Shown piece after piece: positions 11,801 through 22,500 of a stretch of 64,000 nt of DNA. The DNA lies in the NCBI GenBank assembly GCA_000182565.2, contig KQ257454.1; one strand, 5' to 3'. Below the pieces are notes generated by a model. The model was not told the DNA's origin and did no database searches. It saw only the letters and a list, made by a program, of their open reading frames with translations. The position numbers and the translations under genes were made by a program. This DNA comes from Spizellomyces punctatus DAOM BR117 (taxonomy: Eukaryota). Every line of letters begins with the position of its first letter. Positions within the stretch are counted from its first letter, which is position 1.

Positions 11801-14292
11801 TTCCCCGTGTCGCCCTTATCGGTTGCACTCTTTGCCCATGTAAACTCGCCGGACTTGATTTTGATGGCTCCATGCTCCTCGTTGGGCTCAATGTAGTTCT
11901 CAATCTCTTCCTCGTTCATGAAAGTAGCGACCCGCTTCACGCATGCCCACGAGACAGCAACACCAGGAAGAGACATTGCTAAAAATTTGAAACAGAAGGA
12001 AGGTCAAAACTCATTGCGGATAAGGCGATAGGGCTTCCGGGTAACTTACACAGTTCAACAAGTGGGGCTTTCATCAGATTGAACAAGGCCAGCGTGACGA
12101 AAATGCGGTTAACGTCCAGAGGCTTTTTTTCGATAGCCGTGGATATTCCAAGGGCGGTAAGGAACATGATGACCGGAGGCAAGTTGCCCAGAAGGACACC
12201 AAAGATTTCACCAACACGGCGGATGCCAAGATGCCCAAGTTCGGTTTTGCGCAAGTCTTTTAACTGACCGTACCGGATGAGAAACAAGAGGAAGTTTCCT
12301 AAAAAGGCGAGATCCCTTCGTACCTTTTGAACAAAGAATGATTCCCAGGCGTACATTTTAATCATTTTCATGCCGTTTATAATCTCGGTCTAAATGGATG
12401 AAATAAACATGGTCAGGATAACCTTGTCATCACAATAAGTCCAGAAAAAGCCTCATACCGTTAGTCCCAGCCTTGTATCCATAACCTCAAATTGCTTGTC
12501 ACTCCATTTTTCAATGAAATTCGCATTCCACGTTTGAGCGGGACCAAGGAGCAAAATGAAAACTACAACCGAGACGGTTGACACTCCCAGTTGCGCCCAG
12601 ATCAAACCCACGCCGAACACCACTTGGACAATGGCGGCAATGACATCCGGCATGTTTGCGCCCATGAACCCGACTTCCATAGCGTCATTGGACAGAAGGT
12701 TGGAGACGTTACCGGTAGTGTTTTCCACACGCGCGCTGGGAGACAAGCGAAGACTCTTCCGGAACACCAAGCTGGCGGTAGCAATTTTCCAGCGATAATA
12801 GAGAAGCCAGGCCAACTGGCTTCCCCACACGTTCATGATGGCAGCAACCAAACCAACAAGCAGCATTCCAATGGCGATGAGATAGCCGGTAGCATGAGCT
12901 TGTGGTGAGCGCACCGATCCCTCTGATCCGTCAAAGCGATATGAGGAAACGTAGTTGATCAACGCGTCCAGTAGAAGAGGTTGCAGAAGCATGAACATCG
13001 AAGCAAGCACTTTTAGGCCCTACGATGTGAAAATCGAAATGGCAATGCATCTAAGCATACAAGCAACTTCAATGTACATCCGAAATGTGTCACGTACCAC
13101 AGCACCAATGGTCATTGCAAGCTGAGATTTGATGAGAGCAGCGCAGAGTCGTATATGGCTAGCGGCCACAATAGTTTAGATACTATCTCCCGCGTGGAAC
13201 TTTGGAAAAGGGACGGGTCTCACCTCATCTTCGCAGCGCCAGATGAAGATAACGCATCCGATAAGCGCTCGTAGCTGCGGTCAGTAGATTCTTCCAAGGG
13301 TATTCTCCTGTGGTAATAAAATTAATGTTAACGGCTAATCGAGTCATTCGAGAAAACTGAAAAACACACCAAACGTCTTCAATGGTCAGCTTGTACTTGT
13401 GGCTGTCTCGCAACTTGGACCAGATGAATCCAAATGTCAGATAGTTCAGCAAACCAGCCTTGTCCAGCGGAGTGGCATCTCCTCCGTCAGTAGATCTGAC
13501 GGATAAAGTCTCCTCGGCGAACAGCCACAGCACGGACGACACTAAAGTGCCGAGGGTCATGTTGAAGTACTGAGAAGAGGTGTCGCTCGACAAGGATAAA
13601 GTTCTCAGCTTGACGATGGAGGTGATCGCCACCCATGTCCAACAGCACACTACGGATACGCTTGGCTTCTGGCCAAGACGATGGTCGGCCAATTGAGCGA
13701 CCAGCGCAACTATCTGGGCGACGAACGTTACCACGCCGAACGCGACTGAGCCGCGAGCGTCGACATTCCAGTTAGCAAGACGAACAGCTGAGAATACTAC
13801 AGATGCTAGAGCGCATATCTACACGAAATCAATAAATTTACAGAGTCCGTCCGACGATAAAAATACGAAGGCATTCCCCATTGTGTACGTACGGTCATGA
13901 GTACGGTTCCGAGTCGGGATGGCCTCACGACGGATTCGTGCGGTTGGCGCCGGCGGGCGAAGCGGAGGACTTGACTCGAGATCATCCAAAAGGCAAACGC
14001 AGCAAGGGGCACCAAAGTGACGACGCTGTGAGTTGACAAAAGTTTAGATGTACTGTGTGGCCGCTTCATTGCACTAATTGAATGTACAGTCGAAACGGGC
14101 TACACTTACACATCTTCGAAGCAAAACGTAAAGTCGCTTGGTCGTACAAGAGAGAATGGACGCTAAACCCATGTGAAGAAGCACATTTGATGATTTTTGA
14201 CGCTCGAGCATCTTGATGGGAAGAAAACGTGAAGAATGGACAAGACATACCAGCCCTTCTGAATCCCTACATAAACCTCCGTCGCTACTCAT
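8841..14292 (-). CDS. ABCC/MRP (YCF1-like) full-length ABC exporter, multi-exon, spans a 100-N gap
   Basis: N-terminus [31 protein letters not shown] (YCF1-type). TMD1 includes [13 protein letters not shown]1 has [17 protein letters not shown] and YLLDD. NBD2 has [25 protein letters not shown] and TIAHR. Stop TAG at 8843-8841. Confidence 0.93.
10252..10351. other. Assembly gap (100 N) inside ABC transporter TMD2
   Basis: Run of N. Confidence 1.
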
Positions 14293-14443
14293 GACGTCCT
14301 ACGATGGCCAACGGAAACGGGGACGATGTGCCTCTTCTGGCGGGCAGTTGCTTCCAGAAAGGGCTTTCCCCCCACCGCCAGGCTTTATAGACTTTTATGT
14401 CAGCGGAGCGCCAACCTTTCGGCACTTCCCAATCCAGAACATT

Positions 14444-14494
14444 AAATGCTCCGCGCAACGGTGCAAATGTTATCTAAAAATTAAAAAGCTCCGC
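14444..14494 (-). promoter_or_regulatory. Two candidate Zn2Cys6 sites (GCGGAGCATT, GCGGAGCTTT) ~150-200 bp upstream of the ABC gene
   Basis: Plus-strand aaatgctccgc 14444-14454 and aaagctccgc 14485-14494. Confidence 0.45.
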
Positions 14495-14843
14495 GCTCTC
14501 GTTCCGCGTACCAGGGTTACGGCCGGGACAGCATTTCTTGCATGCTGACTCAGGATTAGGTTAAGGTTAGGTTAATAACTAAGGTTAACGAAGGTTAACA
14601 AAGTAGCAAGAGTTTGGACTAGTCCATGATCTTATATTTGACTGACAACAAAGTGGCTATTAAGAGACGGCGAATAAGCGCCTCTAAGGAATGTCTACGG
14701 GCATGTATAGCTGCTGCCTTTGAGAGGCCACATTGGCGCACTACCAAAGGCACCAGGAAAGATATAATCAATAATGTCTATATAACGCACCAAAAATGAC
14801 AGTCGTTGGGTCTGGGGTCCCTACGAAGCTCCACCATCTCTAT

Positions 14844-15990
14844 TTATCGCAATTGCCCTTCCCTGGCAATCACCGTCGGCTGCGGCTCTTTCGGGCTTCG
14901 ACGTTGCGCTACCAAACTCGGGCAGTTTGTTGACGGGCGCACGGGAGTGTATTCCCTGCTCGCCAAAAAGTACGGCCGAGTCCCTTCGACTGGGGGCTTG
15001 TTGTGCACCGTATTGTAACTGACAATGACTACTTTGCGATCCAACGGAGATAGATTGGCAGGTGATGCGTGGTAAACAAGCGGATGCATCAGCCAAACGT
15101 CTGTTTTTGCGTGGAGAAAGTACGATAGATGTTAATGTGGAAATGGACAGTTTGCTTGTGGCGGGAGCAGTGGGATCGTGTCTTGCAGTTGCACAAGAGG
15201 GATTGAATAGTTAACCTACCTCCAGGTTGACCTCGTCCCAAGACCAAGCCATATTCCGAGACGGCCGCTGAAAGGACGTCCTTCGAGATCGTGTACTTTA
15301 GATTTTCGGTAATTGAGCTCATGTAAGCCGCGGTTATCTTGTCGCTTGGATCCTGGCCGCTAGCTGAACGGGCCATACGTTCGCGGGCAAATCGACGGTG
15401 ATTTTATGAGATAGAGGGACAAACATCGGGGCGCCGTTGAATTCGTCGACAGTGTCCAGATAAATAAAAAAGTTGATGGCGTTCGCCGTTGGGAGAAAAT
15501 CATCTTCGGGACCTTAAATGGATCAGGTAACTGGTGACCTGGGAGACTGTCGAGACCATGTAGCTCAATATAGGGTCAAAGAAAAAGGGCACCAGTACAC
15601 TACGTCTTGGTGCCAGGGCCACACGCCACCGTCGAAAGCGGCTTTCACATTGATTTTAAACTGGCAAAAGATCGTTAGACCAGGATTAGTTAGATTTGCA
15701 CAACAACTTACTACGCTAATTATAGCAAAGTAGGGATTACCTGGTGAACATAGACGTCGTCTTTGAGGATGTTCGCCGCAACCGAAGCCAATTTGGGAAG
15801 TGCAGCCAACTTTTGAAACGTGGGATTCTTTAGATGAGAAGCGTCCAGTCTGTTGGAGCTCCTCGGCAGTTGCAGCACGCAGAACAGACACTTCCTCTGG
15901 AGAGAAGTAGTTGGGAATGTAGAGGATCCCTTCGTGGGCGTATGTCTCCAGCTGCTTGTGGGTGAGAGGCAATGTGTCTACCGGTATCAT
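14844..15990 (-). pseudogene. PhyH-family 2OG-Fe(II) dioxygenase resembling actinobacterial L-proline trans-4-hydroxylase/ectoine hydroxylase; apparently frameshifted
   Basis: Segments LTHKQLETYAHEGILYIPNYFSPEEV, ILKDDVYVHQ|FKINVKAAFDGGVWPWHQDVVYW, EDDFLPTANAINFFIYLDTVDEFNGAPMFVPLSH, ITENLKYTISKD and MHPLVYHASPANLSPLDRKVVIVSYN...RPYFLASR. The frame breaks at ~15843 with no room for an intron, at the ~15592/15510 splice, and near 15360. Confidence 0.75.
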
Positions 15991-16743
15991 GATGAGGATA
16001 TCTTTGCCAATGGCAATTGAGTTGAGAGGAAGAGGCCCGGAGAGAACGAAAGTATTGCAAAACGACTAAGGATGCGCACAGAGTCTTGGGTGATGGTGGT
16101 ATGCGAGACACAGTCCGCGGGGGAGTTTTTATCTTGACCTTAACTAGGTCAGGCCAACCCAAAATCTTTCACTCTCTGCGCCAATGTCCGTAGTGCTCTC
16201 CATTTGGCAACTTTGTGAACTTCTCCACTTGGAAAAATCCCTGCGGAATTCTCTAACTCATGTGAAATGACAACTGGACAAAATATCTGGGGACCGACAG
16301 GCTTGCTGCCGCAACGTTCGGAGAGTTTTCCCTGGAGCATTAAAGCCAACACTGGCGATGTTAGTTTGCAAATACTACACCCCGAGCCGGCTTGGAGCGG
16401 ACGGGAATGAATGCCTGCCTTGACTGCCAAAAAAGATCCGCCGCGGTGAGAACAGGACGCGCCGAGACCATCAACCAAGACCGTGAATAGCGGCCACTTT
16501 CCCGCTCCCGTTCCCGGCTAGTTGCACGCAACCTCTCTCTGATACGAGTGAAACCGTGATCAATGGAGGCTATGCAATGGCTGTTGAAAGGGAGCGAAAC
16601 GGCTGGGAGTGGTGGCTCTTGCCCACCGCCAAAATGATAAAAGCTTTTGAAGATTTCTTGTCACCCTTGCACCCCCAGTTTATGACCAAGTTGAAAGTCT
16701 GCAAGGAGATTCAATCAGCTTAAAGCGTCATATTGAGAACAAG

Positions 16744-18393
16744 ATGCCTTCGGAAACCCTAACTAGCGCTACTTTCACAACTGCTGGGCACAAGGCAAGT
16801 TTTAACTGATTGTTTCCCCAGCATTGTAGCAGGATTTCATTACTGTTGCGACGATTAACTCTTCTCCTCTGGCCCTCCTCCTCTATCGCTGCAGGCCCCT
16901 TTTCAAAAGGTTCCATCTGCATACGTGCACAAGGCATCGAAAATTTTTGTCCGGTTCGACGATGTGGAGGAATCCACCTTCCACTGTGTGTGGCTCCGAG
17001 ATCACTGCAAATGCTCTGAATGCTTTCACCCGCACACCAAGCAGCGTCTCTCCGATGTGACTCGGTTGCCGCTGGACATCTCAGTTATGAGCCTTGAAGT
17101 GACGCCTGATGGAAAGCAGCTGCGAGTGTCATGTAAGTTACAATGTGATCCCTATCCTATAAGCCCAAACTAGATGTCTTGAGTCTCGAGGGATGCTCAC
17201 CACTCGAGATGTATGTTAACAGGGCTTCAGGAGCCACACGTTAGCGTCTTCGATCTGGAATGGCTGCGCTACAATTCCTACAACCCTCCTTTGCGCAAGG
17301 CTAAGGAGTGAGTGTTCCGTTCAGAGATAGATGGCACAATAAATGCTGACATTTGTGTCTTCGCAAAAGAAGACCTCAACTCTTGTGGCGGGCCGACGAT
17401 CTCGTACAGAATTTACCCGTCGTTCCATACGCAGAAGTCATGGAAGACGACAATCTGCTCAAAACGTGCCTGTTGCAAATTGTAAGCCGTCGCTCGCATC
17501 TTTAGCTTCTCAATCTGATTAGGGGAGAGTTTCCGTGCCATATGCTGCCACTGAATGCACTTTGTGTTTCGCCGTCTTGATGCTGAAATCTAGGAAACTT
17601 TTGGAATCAGTTTCATTGACGGCATTCCATCCACCGTAGAAGCGACCGACGCTCTAGCTCGTCGCATCACCTTCGTTCGTGAAACTCACTACGGCCAAAC
17701 GCATCTTATTTCTGCGGATCTTGCCCACGGAGACGCAGCATTCATGCCTGTTCACCTTCCGGCTCACGCCGATACTTGTTACTTTACGGATTCCGTAGGG
17801 TGAGTACCCGGATAGATACGAAATTAAATTACGCAAAACAATGACCTCAAGTCCGTTTTTTTCACAGGCTCCTGATGATGCATGTGCTGCACCATACAGG
17901 CGGTACGGGCGGCGAATCCACTTTTGTTGACGGCTTTGCCGTGGCTGAACACCTCAAGAGGGAGCACCAGTGGGCATACAAAGTGTTAACCAAGGTCCCC
18001 GTGAGTTTCCATTCGGCAGGTGACGAGGAAACGTTGGTGGAGCCAATCCACGCCTCTTCAATCCTGCGCGAGCACCCGTTGACAGGAAAGCTTCTCCAAA
18101 TCCGACACAACAACGAGGATCGCTCCGTGCTGCGGGAAGTGGACCCGCACGATGTGTCGGCTTTCTATGCAGCTTTAAAGCTATGGACCGGCCTACTCAA
18201 AGATCCCGTGTTTGAGTACCGCATCAAGATGCCCCGCGGGTGCGCGGCCATGGTGGATAATTGGCGTGTTCTGCATGGACGTACGGCTTTCACTGGATCT
18301 AGAGTCATTGCCGCCAGTTACCTGAATCGAGATGATTACAAGAGCAGGGTGAAAACGCTCCTGGATGGCAATGTTTCCAAGCGCTTCTTGTAA
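16744..18393 (+). CDS. Trimethyllysine/gamma-butyrobetaine hydroxylase-like (DUF971 + TauD) 2OG-Fe(II) dioxygenase
   Basis: First intron is GC-AG (16795-16894, keeps frame). Motifs WLRDHCKCSECFHPHTKQR (Zn site), RETHYG, PAHADTCYFTD, GGESTFVDGF, IRHNNEDRS and DNWRVLHGRTAFTGSR. All five introns splice in frame. Confidence 0.9.
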
Positions 18394-18806
18394 AGAATCA
18401 AGACAGAAGGAAGATTCTTTTAGGACTTGTTAGATGCTATACATGATATATGTTAGAGTCATCTCCTTCCAAGTGTGATTCAGAGTGCTAGTGAAAGTTT
18501 TGGCTATATGTCATTGGTTAAACATTAACAGTTTGTTTGTTTGTTGAATTGTTATTGCGCCAATTATCAGCATGATAGACATCCATAATTCATGCTATAT
18601 TGGCTGGCGTAACGCCCATAGCGAAAAGACAATGTTGACCTCATCAGGCGAACTTCCTACCAATGGAAATAAGTTTTCCTACGTGCGCCCCCGCACAACA
18701 AAGTATATGCAATCTCCGAGAAGGCTGTGGCAGCGGCGGCCGCGGGGGTCAGCTCATTTCCACGAACGCAATCACCTATGCAGGTGTCGCCATGTATCGC
18801 CTTATC

Positions 18807-19308
18807 AAATCTCGCGGAGATTTCCCAAAGCGGCAGGGATATTGCCCGATAAAATCCTTTGGAAAAACTCCGGAGACCCGTCGTTTGTTTGCGTTGACCG
18901 CGGGTGACAATTGCCAACGGTATGGCAGCGATTTTTGTTTTGATAGCCACGACTCCGACAACAACGCCTTCCGATGGACGTTCCGCAAGACCTCCCAAAA
19001 TGCTCCGCGACGGTGACAAGATGAGGCCGCGGATCGCTGATCAGAATGCGTTTTGCTCTTTTTTGTTGGTTGCACAGCCATCGTCTTACCCACCGCGGAA
19101 AACACCGCGTGCAGAGTAGGTCCATCACCAGCGGGGCATTTATGGCACATCTTTCCGTTGCAAACAAGGCACCTTTCGGGGAAGGTGCCGGCAAACGCAG
19201 GGTCAAGCATCTGGTGGTCTGTGATAGGTCCGCACCTCCACTCCATGTTTGCCTACATGTGTGCACCTACGCATCATTTTATCGGCAGCAGATTCCTCAA
19301 AACTCCGC
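18807..19308. promoter_or_regulatory. Candidate Zn2Cys6 sites upstream of the NRPS
   Basis: Palindrome AAATCTC-GCG-GAGATTT 18807-18823 containing GCGGAGATTT; CTCCGGAG 18868-18875; GCGGAGTTTT on the minus strand at 19299-19308. Confidence 0.4.
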
Positions 19309-19572
19309 TCATGGCGAGTTTTCATACTTTCAGGCTTGTCCGAGCGCCCACCGCTGGGATGGCTGGTCTACATCAGTCTTGGTCATGCAATATAGGCTCC
19401 ACTTGGTACACTGCTGCGGATCAGATAAACTCCAGACTAGGGACAGCAACCCTAGCGCTCCTGTTATTAAACCTGAGTTCTATTAGAATTCATCAACTTC
19501 TGGAGCCTCTCCTAGTCTACCATACTTTCCTCCCACGAGTGCCATCTATCAACTATATATCGTGACAAAACA

Positions 19573-22500
19573 ATGTCACTCCTTTCTGATACACACGAGC
19601 AACTTGACTATCTCAAGAGTTTTGCGGGTATGCCTGCCCCAGCTGCTTTCCCCTTGCCTCCACCAGAGGCTGATGCGGTGCGGGAAGACAAACCAGACTC
19701 CATCACTTTCGAACTGCCAACGCAGCTGGTACAACAAGCGGGGAGATTGTCCCACACTCATTGTTGCGGAATCCGGGCGGTCTTGTACGCTGCTTGGGCC
19801 ATTGTTCATTCGCGGTACTTGAGTTCCGAAGATGTAACATTTGGAGCGGACATCGAGGACCAAGAAAGGCTTGATGGACCATTCTGTCCGCGACCTGTGC
19901 ACGCGGTACTGTCTGCTCATGATCTACAAGCGAGCAGATTGGTCCGTTCTATACACGAGGCGGTCTCCTCCGCGAACACCGGCCTTACGTCGCTTGATGC
20001 AATTCGCGAGGCGGCTGGAGTTTCGTCCGGCGAGCCCTTATTTCGACTTGCGATTGGATTCTGGGATTCTCGGGTGCTAGCTCAACTCACGAACGAACTC
20101 CCTCTGATTGTTTGCTTCGGAAAGCCAATAGCTGATGCACCCATTCAAGTCGAAATACTCTTTGCCGGGTCCGTCTTCGAGTATCGCGCGATGAAAGCGC
20201 TTGCTGGACATTTCTCCCAAGCATTGCAGGGTCTGGTCGGAGAAGGCGACCCTCGTGTAGCGGACATAAACATCTTGACACCGGAAGAGTCGAGAGTGAT
20301 TCTTCACGACTTCAACGACAACCGGCAGGAGGTGTTTGAAAATGACTTGGCTGCGCTAGACAAGTGGTGCATGCAGATTCCATTCGAAAAGAAGGTAATC
20401 TCTATCAAGTGAGAGCTTCTTGAGTGTGATGGATGCACCTCAACTTGGCGAATGCACTTTTCTTTTCTCCGTAGGTTAAGCAACACTCTGAAATGAATGC
20501 TGTCGAGCACTACCACCGTAGCATCACTTACGGGGAGCTAAATGCACACTCGAATCGCATGGCTCACGATCTCCGCCAAAAAGGCATCAAACTTGGAGCA
20601 CCCGTGGGTCTGCTCGTAACCCGATCGATTGAAATGATTGTTGGTTTTTGGGCAATTATCAAGGTAAGCCTACTTCCAATGGAGCTGTCTCAAGCGTCGT
20701 GATTTGATCACCCGTTAACCTTTGTGTTCTTCTCACCTTTTTCGTTGCAGTCCTCTGGGGCTTACGTCCCGATCGATGCTAGCTTTCCCCCTGCACGGGC
20801 GCAGTACATGCTGCAAGATGCAGGCTGCGTGGCTTTAGTCACAACATTGGCTGACGACAATCAAATACGTGCTTCCATGCCGTCTGACATGAACATTCCT
20901 GTGTTGAAAGTACAGGATTTCGGGAATGGACCCATCGACGTGGAAAACCCAACCTTAATAAACAACAGCGAAGACCTACTATACGTGGCCTATACTTCTG
21001 GAACAACAGGCCGACCAAAGGTAGTGGCCGATTCTAGTTGGCGCATCAGCACATTGCTCATCCCCAACTTAATGAAAACCGTAAACAACAGGGCGTCGAG
21101 ATTCCACATAGAGTCATGTATAACCTCATCCTTCATGGAGCGGGTGGTCTTGGGAACACTGACGGAACGAGAATGATGCAGTTCAGCTCAATTGGTTTCG
21201 ACAACCTCGGCTGGGAGATTTTTGCAACGCACTGCAGAGGAGGCACTCTGGTTGTGCGCCCCGACGATCTTGGAGAAGATTTCGAGCAAGCGTTGTATCG
21301 GATCGATACAATTCTTATCACCCCGTCCGCTCTTTCCATCGTAAGCCCGGACCAATATCCAAACATCAAGAAAATAATTGTTTCTGGCGAGCCCAGCAAC
21401 GCAGGGCTCACAAAGGCGTGGGGCGATAGAGTCATCTTGCTAAACGGTTATGGCCCGGCCGAAACCCACGCAACCCATATTGGTATCAATATTCCGGGGA
21501 AACCCATAACTGTCGGCCGCGTCATTCCTGGCGACACCTGCTACATCCTTGATGACCGGATGCGACCTGTTCCAATCGGAGGTGAAAAGAGTCTCCATGC
21601 CAATTTCTGTAACTTCAATTTTTAACTGAATCCTGCTCCGATTCCGTAACAGTTCCGGGTCTTATCTGGATCGGCGGCACTGGGGTCGGGAGGGGTTATA
21701 GAAATCTTCCTGACCTGACTGCCCAAAAGTTCAAACTTGACCCTTTCGCCAAGGACGGAAGCAAGATGTACAATACGGGCGATTTGGGCAGATGGACCAA
21801 CAGAGGAGAATTGGAAGTAATTGGCCGTGCGGATCATCAGGTCAAAATCAACGGTTTTCGGGTGGAATTGGGGGAAGTGGAAACAATCCTAGGGAAGTTA
21901 CCGTCCGTCAGCAATGTGGTCGTCTTGTTTGAGTCCAGACAGCTGGTTGGATTCATTTCGCCGCATACGTTGAACGTTGACATGCTGCGGAGCGAAATGA
22001 AAAAGGTAAAAGCTCTCTGCCTTACTGTCTGACTGTTGTTCTTGGAGTACTCAGAGGTGCTCGCGTTCGTTCAGATGCTGCCGTACTACATGGTCCCGTC
22101 CAAGCTTATTGCCCTTGAGGTGCTGCCAATGACTGAGAACCGCAAGGTGGACCGTCGGATGCTTGCGGCCATGCTACGCAGTGAAGCCACCGGTCGAGAT
22201 GCGGCTCTCCCAGCTTCTACGCCCCGTTTCGTCAACCGTTCCGCAGCTTCCGTGCGTCTCTCGCCTCAGGAGACCACAGTCGCTTACATCTGGGCGACGG
22301 TTCTGAAGATTCCCGTTGAGGGAATCACCTCTGAAACGTCATTTTTAGCCATCGGTGGTGATTCTATCTCAGCTATATTGGTGTCAGCCCGTCTGCGAAG
22401 AGTGTATGGGTTGTACATCTCCCCGACTGTGATTTTCGATAAGCATGTCTTGAAAGAGCTGGCTTCGCTTCCTCTACTCTCTCCGGCAAACCAAGCGGCA

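Noticed and set aside
14552-14600. TTAGG/TAAGG-like short repeats, possible interstitial telomere
   Set aside because: Only a few degenerate units; not a clean telomeric array.
18572-19565. Several overlapping 110-170 aa ORFs upstream of the NRPS
   Set aside because: No recognisable domain or coherent splice pattern; better explained as promoter sequence.
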